This document shows, one piece after another, positions 41,810 through 50,739 of a DNA stretch of 64,000 nucleotides. The notes beneath the pieces were generated by a model that searched no databases, was not told the DNA's origin, and saw only the letters and a list, made by a program, of their open reading frames with translations. The translations under genes were made by a program, and so were the position numbers. Origin of the DNA: an uncultured Planctomycetia bacterium (GTDB lineage Bacteria > Omnitrophota > Gorgyraeia > VGKH01 > JBHPFN01). Each line of letters starts with the position of its first letter. Within the stretch, counting starts at the first letter, position 1. Location of the stretch: assembly GCA_964406665.1 (NCBI GenBank), contig CAYOSQ010000003.1, positions 186,558 through 250,557 of the forward strand. Reading direction: 5' to 3'.

Positions 41810-42343
41810 ATGAAGCAGAAGGAGAAAATGGAGGAAATAAAAAAAATAATTGATATTAATCTGCCTAAGAGAGATTTGATATGGACGGGCATTTGTGTTG
41901 AAAGGAATAAGAATGTTTCCATTCTTATTAATTACGATGAGAAAAAGAAGGAATTTAATGGATACACGGTGTTTAAGTCTAAAGAAATTAAACGCTACAG
42001 GTATTGGGGAAAGAATGAATGCAGGGGTGTAAAAATAAGAACATCTTTTCGATTCATGGATAAAATCAAATCAAAAAATAGTAAAACATTCTATTCATCC
42101 TTAAAGGAAGCAAGTCAATTTGGGTTAATTGCTTTTTTTGTTGAGAATAAAACTAATAGTTATTTCGTGGGTCAGTTGACTTCAGTTAATAATGAATTTG
42201 CAAATTTTAGATTAATTGACAGAAAAGCAAGATGGGCAAGATATAAGAAAATAAAACTCAAAAATATTAACTTTTTCTCATTTGGTACAGTTTATGAAAG
42301 AACGCTTTTTAAAAAGGTAGATAGGAAAAGAGGAATAAAATGA
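41810..42343 (+). CDS. Hypothetical basic protein
   Basis: 177-aa ORF in operon-like position; no motif recognised. Confidence 0.55.
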   Translation: MKQKEKMEEIKKIIDINLPKRDLIWTGICVERNKNVSILINYDEKKKEFNGYTVFKSKEIKRYRYWGKNECRGVKIRTSFRFMDKIKSKNSKTFYSSLKEASQFGLIAFFVENKTNSYFVGQLTSVNNEFANFRLIDRKARWARYKKIKLKNINFFSFGTVYERTLFKKVDRKRGIK

Positions 42344-43593
42344 ATAAACCAAATAATAAAAAAAGCTTTGCCCTGATTACTGCTTTAGGTTTATGTATTC
42401 TCTTCGGTGCTATCATTACCGGAGTATTTATGTCTTCGGTAAGAGAAATCTCTTCTACCAAAAGACAGATTGGTACCACCCAAGCACTCTGGCTAGCAGA
42501 ATCAGCTGCCAGAGAAAAGATCCAAGAGATAAAAACATACTTTGATACTGGTGAGTTTCCTAAACATTTCCCCGTAGACCCTGATAAGGATATAGGTAAA
42601 GAGTATGATTGGGGTTTTGAGTCTGGAGAAGGTGAAACCCATACCGTCCCATCAGGACACGATCCTGATTCAGGGGGTGATCCTGATTCGGGCAATGTCG
42701 GTGGTCGGTCAAAAGTCTCGCCTCCCTGGAGGGGAAATATTGAAAGCATTGTTTATGCCATGGATAATTCCATGGATATTCCAACTATAGCTGCCAGCGC
42801 TCAACTAATCAGCGTCAACACTTACGGCTCTGGAGCAGGGAAACCTCCTATCCCAGGAGACTACATTTATCTTTTAACTGCATCTGCAACAGTTCCTATA
42901 TTAGGAGGCTCAACATTAAAGACAGTACAATGCTCAGTAAAATACAGCTATGTTGCCCCTATGAACATTGAAGTTGGTGATGCAACTGTGGGAGAAGATG
43001 GGGTATTGCAACCTGGGTTTAGTAATATTATTTATTATTCAGATTTGAATCTGCCTACAGGTAAATATGATATAAGCTATTCTGCTAATTACGATAAGAT
43101 TGAAGGTCCGGGGGGCGGTACAGCAGAAATTCATCAGAGCCTTCAACATGAAAATGTATATATTTCTTTAGGAAAAACTGAGGTATTACTTAAAGAATGG
43201 GTGGATGATGGCGAGGGTTTTGATGAATCTGGAAGATTTCCCTGCAAGGCCAACGACGGTGAAGCCTGTTACGGAGAATTTAATATTCCTTGGGATTTGC
43301 AGACAGGGTTTACTGAGCAGTTTACTCATATTGCTGATAATGGGATTAATCAAGAACCACAATATTATTTTCAAGTAGATTCAGAGCCTTTTTTAGGAGA
43401 ACTGTTTTTTCTATCTCCCGCCGGACTTCCGGTTTCTTATGATGAAGTTAATAATGATTGTGATCTTGATGAAGAATCTACATGCAGTAAGATGTGTGAC
43501 AAAATTGATGAAGGTTGCGGGAGAAATGGTGCTGGAGGATGGTTTGTACGACTTGCGGACATATGGAATTTAGGTATAGTTTTAGGGAGCTGA
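42340..43593 (+). CDS. PilX-like type IV minor pilin with a large acidic C-terminal domain
   Basis: Class III-like leader NNKKS|FALITAL, hydrophobic helix and QA.WLAESA motif. Confidence 0.6.
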   Translation: MNKPNNKKSFALITALGLCILFGAIITGVFMSSVREISSTKRQIGTTQALWLAESAAREKIQEIKTYFDTGEFPKHFPVDPDKDIGKEYDWGFESGEGETHTVPSGHDPDSGGDPDSGNVGGRSKVSPPWRGNIESIVYAMDNSMDIPTIAASAQLISVNTYGSGAGKPPIPGDYIYLLTASATVPILGGSTLKTVQCSVKYSYVAPMNIEVGDATVGEDGVLQPGFSNIIYYSDLNLPTGKYDISYSANYDKIEGPGGGTAEIHQSLQHENVYISLGKTEVLLKEWVDDGEGFDESGRFPCKANDGEACYGEFNIPWDLQTGFTEQFTHIADNGINQEPQYYFQVDSEPFLGELFFLSPAGLPVSYDEVNNDCDLDEESTCSKMCDKIDEGCGRNGAGGWFVRLADIWNLGIVLGS

Positions 43594-43991
43594 TTAAAGG
43601 TAAGCATCCTGATCGTGATGATTGGCTTGTAAGCAGGAACAGGCGTCTTGACTTAGATCTTTTAGGTCAAATGCCACCCCGAGGAGGATGGTCTTACCGA
43701 GCCCAGGATGAACTTTCCAAGATTATAGCTCAAGCATCAATTGATGAGATTTCTAAAGTCGTGGGATTCCCGGATTGGCTAGGGTTTTTAGGACTGGGAT
43801 TTTGTTATTGCGAACACGTAGAAAGATCTAATCGCCGATTAACACTAGCGTTAGTGCCGCAACTCATCATTCTTGTTGACCAGAATTCAGACGCTTATTC
43901 TAAGCTGAATGATATTTTAAACAGTGATAAGTTAATTCTGCACTGGGGAGACCTAGAATTGGTCGAGAAGGGGATAGAACAAAATAAGTAA
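43515..43991 (+). CDS. Hypothetical protein with an N-terminal CxxxxCxxCGH motif (start uncertain)
   Basis: Open frame overlapping the end of the pilin-like gene by 79 nt. Confidence 0.5.
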   Translation: MREKWCWRMVCTTCGHMEFRYSFRELIKGKHPDRDDWLVSRNRRLDLDLLGQMPPRGGWSYRAQDELSKIIAQASIDEISKVVGFPDWLGFLGLGFCYCEHVERSNRRLTLALVPQLIILVDQNSDAYSKLNDILNSDKLILHWGDLELVEKGIEQNK

Positions 43992-44020
43992 TAAGGAACA
44001 CTTCAAGCAAGGAGAACTGA

Positions 44021-45073
44021 GTGGAAAACGACAACTTATATAAAATGCTATTAAAGAATATAGAAGCATGCGATGAAGCTTGTAAGAAGCCTAAAGATCA
44101 AATGCTGTTAGGCGAAGGGAGTTTAAATGCAGATGTTATGTTTGTTGGCATAGCCCCTAATATGTCTTTTGATGGTAAGGTAAATAGGAGCGTCTTCGGA
44201 GAATATAGTCGAGCAGGAGAAAAAGTAAGACCAACAATGGCGGCACTGGTTGAGAAATATAGCAAAATAAATAATAGTCAGGAAATACTATTTTGGTTAA
44301 CTAATATAATAAAATGCGGCTGCGGAAAAGACGCGTTTGCTAGCAATATGAAAAGATGCGATAAGTTCTTGAGAGAAGAGATAGGTATAATTAAGCCGAA
44401 AGTCATAGTTTTATTTGGGCGTAAAATTATAAAACATTTCCTAGGTGAAGTGATGGTGCATGGTAAAATTTCAAGCTTAGATAATCAATACGCATGCGTA
44501 CATTCATATCATCCCGCAGCTAGGGGTGGTTTGTTTGAGAATGGGACAGATAAGTTAATGGATGCAGTTGTTGAAGCGATGGGGGAAGGAATTCATAGGA
44601 GAGATGGTTTAAAGGACGAATTAGTTAACAAGAGCAATGAAAAGATACAAGGGGTTATTGATGCGAGACAGCGAAGATCTCATAAGAAGAAAAGCAGAGT
44701 AATTATAACTTCAGCTGAAATGCTTCTTTTGAGCGCTGGTAGTCATAATGCAAGAAGCTTATTTAATAATTTCTCAAATAGAATTAAATCAAAATTTCCT
44801 TTGGTTTATAATGAACCGCATACAGATTCTTTTATTTTCTATATTAATTACGAGGGTAGACAGAAAAGACTATTTGATGTTCATGTAAGCAATACAGGTT
44901 TGAGGGTGCATTTGATGAATAGGAAGAAAGAAATTCAAGATCCTTTTAAAATATGCACTCTTAAAATGAGGAAGAGTGGTGCGACACGCATGGAAGTGAA
45001 AATTGAGAGAGTCGATGATATTGATAGACTTCTGTTTGTTGTTGAACAAATATATAAAATTAATACAACATAA
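44021..45073 (+). CDS. Uracil-DNA glycosylase superfamily protein fused to a C-terminal DUF5655-like domain
   Basis: GEG..ADVMFVGIAP, TN.IKC, C..FL.EEI...KP.VIVL.G and YHPAA motifs; extra ~130-aa C-terminal domain. Confidence 0.7.
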   Translation: MENDNLYKMLLKNIEACDEACKKPKDQMLLGEGSLNADVMFVGIAPNMSFDGKVNRSVFGEYSRAGEKVRPTMAALVEKYSKINNSQEILFWLTNIIKCGCGKDAFASNMKRCDKFLREEIGIIKPKVIVLFGRKIIKHFLGEVMVHGKISSLDNQYACVHSYHPAARGGLFENGTDKLMDAVVEAMGEGIHRRDGLKDELVNKSNEKIQGVIDARQRRSHKKKSRVIITSAEMLLLSAGSHNARSLFNNFSNRIKSKFPLVYNEPHTDSFIFYINYEGRQKRLFDVHVSNTGLRVHLMNRKKEIQDPFKICTLKMRKSGATRMEVKIERVDDIDRLLFVVEQIYKINTT

Positions 45074-45129
45074 TAAAGATGAGCTTTGTGATTTTTTGAG
45101 AAATAAAAGTCTGAGAGGTAGTATAAAAA

Positions 45130-46707
45130 ATGGACGACAGTTTTAAAAATTATGACTCTTTAGAGCAAATAATAGAGGACAGGCAAGACCTTTTTGTCCC
45201 TCAGCGGAAGAAATATCTCACCAAGTCTAAATATATAAACGCTCTTCAATGTCACAAGTATTTGTGGATGAGGTGCAATAGGCCTGAGGATATTCCGGAG
45301 CCAAGTAAAAGCTTACAACACATATTTAGCGTTGGTAAAGAAGTTGGTCGGTTGGCTCAGCAAAGGTTTCCCGGAGGCATAAATATTTCAGAGGAAGATT
45401 TTTTTGAAAATTTAAAGACAACAGAGGCGCTATTGAAGCAGCCTGACCGTAAGCCGCTTTATGAGGCGGGAATCTCATCAGGACGTCTTTATGCACGGGC
45501 AGATGTTCTTTGTCCAGTTGACAATGAAGCATGGGATCTAATCGAAGTGAAATGCTCAACCTGCTCAAAAGAGATCAAAGATGTCTATTATCATGATATT
45601 GCCTTTCAGAAATATTGCTATGAAAAGTCCGGGTTAAAGATTCGTAAATGTCTTCTATTGCATATCAGCAAAGAATATATTCGTGATGGAGAGATTGACG
45701 TTAATGATTTTTTTACATTGCAAGATTTAACCGAGCCTGTAGGGAATTTGCAAGAAGGAATCGATGAAAATGTCGAGGGATTTTTGAAGATAATTGACAT
45801 GGCAGCACTTCCAAATTGTTCTATTCATGAAGGTTGCCGTAAGCCTTATGAATGTCCCCTTATAGAGGAGTGCTGGAAGTTTTTACCTCCTTTTAATATT
45901 TTTCAATTATATGGCATGCGATGGAAGAGTCGTTTTGATTTCTTCGATAAAGGATTAAGAGACATAAAAGACGCTCCTAAGGATGACAAAAAAATAAAAG
46001 AAAAACATTTAATGCAAATAGAAAGCGTTGAGACTGGGGAGCCTCATATCGAGTCTCTGGGAATTTCTGATTTCTTAAAAGATTTACAATATCCAATTTA
46101 TTATATGGATTTTGAGACAATGTTTGAAGCAATTCCTCCGTTTAATGGGACGAAGCCGTATCAGCAAATACCTTTCCAGTTTTCAGTTCATGTTCAAGAC
46201 AATCCGGGAGGAGATTTAAAGCATTTCTCGTTTTTATGGAAAGAGTCAAGTGACCCGAGAGAGAGTTTTATTCGAGAATTAAAGGATTGTTTAGGAGGTC
46301 AAGGAAGCATCGTCGCGTATTATTATAGTTTTGAGAAGAGTCGCTTAACGGAATTAGCAGAATTGTTTCCAAAGTATAAGGATTGGGTTGATTCTATATT
46401 GAATAGAATGATTGATCTTCTTGGGCCGTTTAAGAATTTTCATTATTATCACGCTTCTCAGAAGGGCAGCGCCTCTATAAAAAAAGTTTTGCCTGCAATT
46501 ACCGGCAAGGGATATGAAGGAATGGAAATTTCAGGTGGAGGCGAGGCAAGTTTGGAGTATGCGAGAGTGACTAATGGAGATGCCTCAGAAGATGAAAAAA
46601 ACGCAGTATATAGCGCTTTAGAAAAATATTGTACTTTAGATACTGAGGGGATGGCGTGGATTGTAGAGAAGTTGAGGAAACTAAGCAAAGAAACAAGTGG
46701 AGGCTGA
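45130..46707 (+). CDS. DUF2779-type protein (PD-(D/E)xK nuclease plus RNase H-like domain)
   Basis: LTKS.Y...LQC.K.LW, ADVL...LIEVK, DIAFQ, YMDFET, YQQIPFQFS.H, S.SIK.VLP and YC.LDT motifs. Confidence 0.85.
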   Translation: MDDSFKNYDSLEQIIEDRQDLFVPQRKKYLTKSKYINALQCHKYLWMRCNRPEDIPEPSKSLQHIFSVGKEVGRLAQQRFPGGINISEEDFFENLKTTEALLKQPDRKPLYEAGISSGRLYARADVLCPVDNEAWDLIEVKCSTCSKEIKDVYYHDIAFQKYCYEKSGLKIRKCLLLHISKEYIRDGEIDVNDFFTLQDLTEPVGNLQEGIDENVEGFLKIIDMAALPNCSIHEGCRKPYECPLIEECWKFLPPFNIFQLYGMRWKSRFDFFDKGLRDIKDAPKDDKKIKEKHLMQIESVETGEPHIESLGISDFLKDLQYPIYYMDFETMFEAIPPFNGTKPYQQIPFQFSVHVQDNPGGDLKHFSFLWKESSDPRESFIRELKDCLGGQGSIVAYYYSFEKSRLTELAELFPKYKDWVDSILNRMIDLLGPFKNFHYYHASQKGSASIKKVLPAITGKGYEGMEISGGGEASLEYARVTNGDASEDEKNAVYSALEKYCTLDTEGMAWIVEKLRKLSKETSGG

Positions 46708-46725
46708 TATGAATCGGAGGTTGAA

Positions 46726-47943
46726 ATGTTAACAGCATTGGTTGTTGTCGTTGTTGTAATTAATATCGTGATATTAATTATATTGCTCACGCGTAATTCG
46801 GATACGAATCTTATTAAGTTTGAAGGCAGCATCAGAGATGAAGTGTCAAAAAATCGCGAAGAAATGTCTAAAACACTAAAAGACTTCAGCGATTCATCTC
46901 TAAAGCAGTTTTTAGGTTTAACGCAAATAAACGAGCAGAAGCTTGAGAATGTGCGTAAGACAATTGAAGAAAGGCTTAAGTCTTTACAGGATGACAATTC
47001 TCAGAAGCTCGAAAAGATGAGAGAAACAGTCGATGAAAAATTACACAATACTCTAGAGAAGCGATTGGGTGAGTCGTTTAAATTGGTCAGCGATCGACTT
47101 GAATCGGTTCAACAGGGCCTTGGAGAAATGCAGGCATTGGCAACAGGGGTAGGCGATCTTAAAAAAGTATTAAGCAATGTTAAAACAAGAGGAACATTGG
47201 GTGAGATTCAGCTAGAAACATTATTGGATCAAATACTGACTCCGGATCAGTATGCGAAAAACGTCGCTACCAAGAGTGGAAGTCGGGAAAATGTTGAGTT
47301 TGCCATAAAGTTACCAGGCAAAGAGGATAAGATTCTCTGGTTGCCAATAGATGCAAAGTTTCCCAAAGAGGATTACGAGCGCTTAGTAGATGCTCAAGAA
47401 CAGGCCAATCCCGATCTTGTAGAAGAATTAGGAAAGGCACTTGAGCAACGCATTAAGTCTGAGGCAAAAGATATCCAAAACAAATATATCGATCCACCAA
47501 ACACAACCGATTTTGGGATTTTGTTTCTAGCAACCGAAGGGTTGTATGCTGAGGCACTCCGAAGGCCAGGCCTATTTGAATCATTACAGAGAGAACACAG
47601 AGTTATACTCACCGGACCGACAACAATAGCAGCGTTATTGAATAGTTTGCAGATGGGATTTAGAACTCTTGCGATAGAGAAGCGCGCAAGTGAGGTCTGG
47701 AACTTATTGGGAGCGATTAAGACGGAATTCGCTAAGTTTGGAGATCTTCTAGTAAAAACACACAAGCAATTAGCAGCTGCCAGCAATACAATAGAAGGTG
47801 CAACAAGGAAAACAAGAACGATTGAAAGAAAATTAAGAGATGTTCAGGAGCTTCCAGTTAAGGAGTCAGCTAAATTATTAGGCAAAGTTGAAGATTTCGA
47901 TATGGAAATTGATACAGAAAATAATTCAGAAGAGCAAGAGTGA
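46726..47943 (+). CDS. rmuC: DNA recombination protein RmuC
   Basis: TM anchor, coiled coil, NVKTRG..GE.QL, LPIDAKFP.EDY, KYIDPP.TTDF and LLNSLQMGF motifs. Confidence 0.95.
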   Translation: MLTALVVVVVVINIVILIILLTRNSDTNLIKFEGSIRDEVSKNREEMSKTLKDFSDSSLKQFLGLTQINEQKLENVRKTIEERLKSLQDDNSQKLEKMRETVDEKLHNTLEKRLGESFKLVSDRLESVQQGLGEMQALATGVGDLKKVLSNVKTRGTLGEIQLETLLDQILTPDQYAKNVATKSGSRENVEFAIKLPGKEDKILWLPIDAKFPKEDYERLVDAQEQANPDLVEELGKALEQRIKSEAKDIQNKYIDPPNTTDFGILFLATEGLYAEALRRPGLFESLQREHRVILTGPTTIAALLNSLQMGFRTLAIEKRASEVWNLLGAIKTEFAKFGDLLVKTHKQLAAASNTIEGATRKTRTIERKLRDVQELPVKESAKLLGKVEDFDMEIDTENNSEEQE

Positions 47944-48032
47944 GGATTAAAGAAGATTGTCATTTTTGTACTTATAGAGATACGGTTAGGGATATTGTGT
48001 AAAATATGAAGCACATGACAAATGTTTTATAG

Positions 48033-48061
48033 TTGAAAATAAGACAATATAAAGGTATGCT
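48033..48061 (+). promoter_or_regulatory. Sigma70 promoter of the retron
   Basis: TTGAAA (48033-38), 17 nt, TATGCT (48056-61); predicted +1 near 48067-68, the start of the inverted repeat. Confidence 0.7.
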
Positions 48062-48067
48062 AATGAG

Positions 48068-48237
48068 GTAGCTAGATGGCTTTTAGCTTAGAACATCACG
48101 GTGTTTCACCGTGGACGCGATAAAGGCTAGACTACCCTTTTCGGATCTCATAGTCGCGTATTTGTGTGGTACCCAAACACGCGAATATGACATCCGGGCA
48201 CTTTGAAAGATTAGTAAGGAAAAAGCCATCTAGCTAC
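48068..48237 (+). ncRNA. Retron msr-msd non-coding RNA
   Basis: Perfect 17-bp IR gtagctagatggctttt (48068-84) / aaaagccatctagctac (48221-37); AG with candidate branching G48086; msr hairpin 48097-113; long msd hairpin 48142-196. Confidence 0.9.
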
Positions 48238-48257
48238 ACTCGTATTAAGGGATTTTT

Positions 48258-49766
48258 ATGTCATTAGACAAACTAAAGAAAATAGAAGAATTGATTTCTT
48301 CTAAGGAACATAAAGATAGATTAAAATCTATATCCTTGATAAAAGAATTGTCAGTTGATGAAGTAAAGACATTGTTAATTAAGTATGCAACTTTTTGGGA
48401 TAAACAATTCAAAAGAGAATTTTCTAAAGAGGCACTTGATCAGTTCGGAAAAGAAATTATCGAGTCCATAGTTAATTTAGTAAAGAACGAAAATCTTCCC
48501 ATAAAATTCACGATAAATCTTCTGAGTAAATTCGATGATCCTTTCGTTATTGATTTCATTGCAACGTACCTTTCGCATTTTCGAACAGATATTAGGCTTG
48601 AATCTCAGAGGATCATCTTGGAATACAGTAGCGAATATGCAGTTTTTGTGCAATGGTGCAATGATTTAAAGGATTTCAAATTATTGCAAAATCTACTGGA
48701 TAAAATTCCAGTTGAAAATATCGCTAAATATATAGATCGTTTAAACGATTGGGACCGTAATGCTTTTTTAGGTAAGCCTGCCACTAAAGAATATTTAGCG
48801 CATAGAAAACTTACCAATCTATTTGCAGTCATCGATGATTCTACTGAAGGTAGGCTTTTGGTGAGAAAAACAGAATCGTCAAAAATATATTTAGAGAGTA
48901 TTTCAGAGCGACTTCAAGCACCAAAAGGACTTATAGGATGGGTGGTTAGAAATTGGGATGCTGTTGATTCTCTCTATGCGACCTTTACAATTCCAAAAAA
49001 AAGTGGAGGCCAGCGCTCGATATCTTCTCCACCAGATAAACTTAAGTATGTGCAGGAGCTAATTTATAAAAATGTGTTGTCTAAAGCTTTGCTCCATCCA
49101 TGTTGCCACGGCTTTATATCGGGACGATCCATAATAACCAACGCCGAATATCATACAAATAAGGATGTGGTAGTCAATGTGGATATAAAAGATTTCTTTC
49201 CATCCATATCAGCTTCGAGGGTTTATGGAGTATTTCAATCTCTCGGATTTAACAAGCATGAGGCAAGACTGCTAACACGTATTGCAACACGGAATAATTG
49301 TTTACCACAAGGAGCCCCAACAAGTCCTATAATAGCAAACATAACATGTAAAAGACTTGATAGTAGGCTTTCTGGGTTAGTTAAAAAAATGGATGGTAAA
49401 TATAGTCGATACGCAGATGATCTTACCTTTAGTGGCGATGAAAAAATATTAAAAGTGATTCCTCGTATTTATAAAATTATAGGCGCCGAAGGATTTCTTG
49501 TCGCAATAGAAAAAACTAGAGTTACACGAAAAGGAAATCGTCAGGAAGTAACAGGCTTAACGGTAAACAAGAAAATCTCGATACAACGAAAAAGGCGCAA
49601 GAATCTAAGGGCTATTATTCATCATTTCAAAACAAGTAAAAGTATTCATTGGAACGGGAAAGATTTATCTGTTCAAAGCCTAAAAGGGCACATTGCCTTT
49701 TTAAAGTCAGTACATCCTGAGACCGCGAGTAGCTATAATGATGTAATTAAGAAAAGTAAAAAGTGA
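48258..49766 (+). CDS. Retron reverse transcriptase with an N-terminal helical-repeat (HEAT-like) extension
   Basis: IPKKSGG.R.I..P, HGF..GRSI.TNAEYH (NAxxH), DIKDFFPSI, LPQGAPTSP, YSRYADDLTFS and QEVTGL (VTG) motifs. Confidence 0.93.
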   Translation: MSLDKLKKIEELISSKEHKDRLKSISLIKELSVDEVKTLLIKYATFWDKQFKREFSKEALDQFGKEIIESIVNLVKNENLPIKFTINLLSKFDDPFVIDFIATYLSHFRTDIRLESQRIILEYSSEYAVFVQWCNDLKDFKLLQNLLDKIPVENIAKYIDRLNDWDRNAFLGKPATKEYLAHRKLTNLFAVIDDSTEGRLLVRKTESSKIYLESISERLQAPKGLIGWVVRNWDAVDSLYATFTIPKKSGGQRSISSPPDKLKYVQELIYKNVLSKALLHPCCHGFISGRSIITNAEYHTNKDVVVNVDIKDFFPSISASRVYGVFQSLGFNKHEARLLTRIATRNNCLPQGAPTSPIIANITCKRLDSRLSGLVKKMDGKYSRYADDLTFSGDEKILKVIPRIYKIIGAEGFLVAIEKTRVTRKGNRQEVTGLTVNKKISIQRKRRKNLRAIIHHFKTSKSIHWNGKDLSVQSLKGHIAFLKSVHPETASSYNDVIKKSKK

Positions 49767-49809
49767 AAAGGTGCTTGTTAAAAAAGACAGCCAGGTTTTT
49801 ATCTTTAAA

Positions 49810-50000
49810 TGCAATAACGGACACGGCGAGAAAGCAGAGATAGAAGAAATTTTTGAGAAAATGCTTCAAAATTTTCAATTCACGGAGGAAGGTTTGAATT
49901 AGGGCTTGCGACTGGCGACAGCCAGGAGCAGCACCGAAAGGCAGCTTAGCTTTAATGGATTGTTATTGCAGGCAGTCCTGGAGCAAAGCGAAAGGGATTG
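49810..50000. other. Structured intergenic element (degenerate attC-like or REP-like)
   Basis: Terminal complementarity tgcaataac (49810-18) / gttattgca (49962-70) plus several internal hairpins. Confidence 0.35.
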
Positions 50001-50013
50001 AGGTGAGGGGGCG

Positions 50014-50568
50014 ATGATTTATTTACCATTACTGGTTGGCATCGGCATCATTATTGCTAAGGTGATTTATCGCATGAGGAAAAAGAAGGCGATTGCTCCG
50101 AGATGGCTCAATAGGTTTTTGACTATTTGTGCAACAGTCTGTTTGATTTCTTCACTCATTCCAATACTTTTCACTGCATGGTTTTTTAGTTCTATGTCAA
50201 TGTCTGCAAGTAAAGTTTTTCAAAGATATATTGCTGACCCTATTCCCACCACTGTACGCATTGTCTATGGTAAGGGTGTTTCATGGCAAGGATATTCAGC
50301 CCAAGTAGTTTTTACTACTGATAAAAAGACTTTTAGCGAACTTTTTTCGGATTACCAAATCTTGCCTTTTGAGTGTGACTATCCTACTGTCAATCGCTGT
50401 TGCGATACTGAGATATATTATGACAATAAACTTTTCAAAGAGGATTTAAGCAAAGTGTCTGGACTTCAATGTTTTTATAAAGAGGGAGATGTTAAGCGAG
50501 GACAAAATTCTGTAGTTTATTGGGACAAGGATAATAACAAAATATTCTTTAGAAGTAGTGGTGGATAA
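50014..50568 (+). CDS. Hypothetical membrane protein (two N-terminal TM helices)
   Basis: Strong SD GAGGTGAGGGG; hydrophobic segments. Confidence 0.65.
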   Translation: MIYLPLLVGIGIIIAKVIYRMRKKKAIAPRWLNRFLTICATVCLISSLIPILFTAWFFSSMSMSASKVFQRYIADPIPTTVRIVYGKGVSWQGYSAQVVFTTDKKTFSELFSDYQILPFECDYPTVNRCCDTEIYYDNKLFKEDLSKVSGLQCFYKEGDVKRGQNSVVYWDKDNNKIFFRSSGG

Positions 50569-50652
50569 TGAGTGTATTTAAACGAAATAATATTTATAAA
50601 AAATAAACTAGAGATTGAGCATAGCAGCTTCTTTGATATAATATAAACATCT

Positions 50653-50726
50653 GCGCCCATAGCTCAATTGGATAGAGCACCAGTCTTCGGAACTGGGTGT
50701 TGCAGGTTCGAGTCCTGCTGGGCGCG
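50653..50726 (+). tRNA. tRNA-Arg (TCG), no encoded CCA
   Basis: gcgccca/tgggcgc acceptor stem; ccagt-ctTCGga-actgg; GGTTCGAGTCC; preceded by a TGaTATAAT promoter element. Confidence 0.95.
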
Positions 50727-50739
50727 TAGATTATTAAAG

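Noticed and set aside
48258-49766. Group II intron, DGR or Abi-type RT
   Set aside because: There is no maturase/HNH domain, no intron domain V and no TR/VR pair. NAxxH, VTG and the a1/a2 ncRNA indicate a retron.
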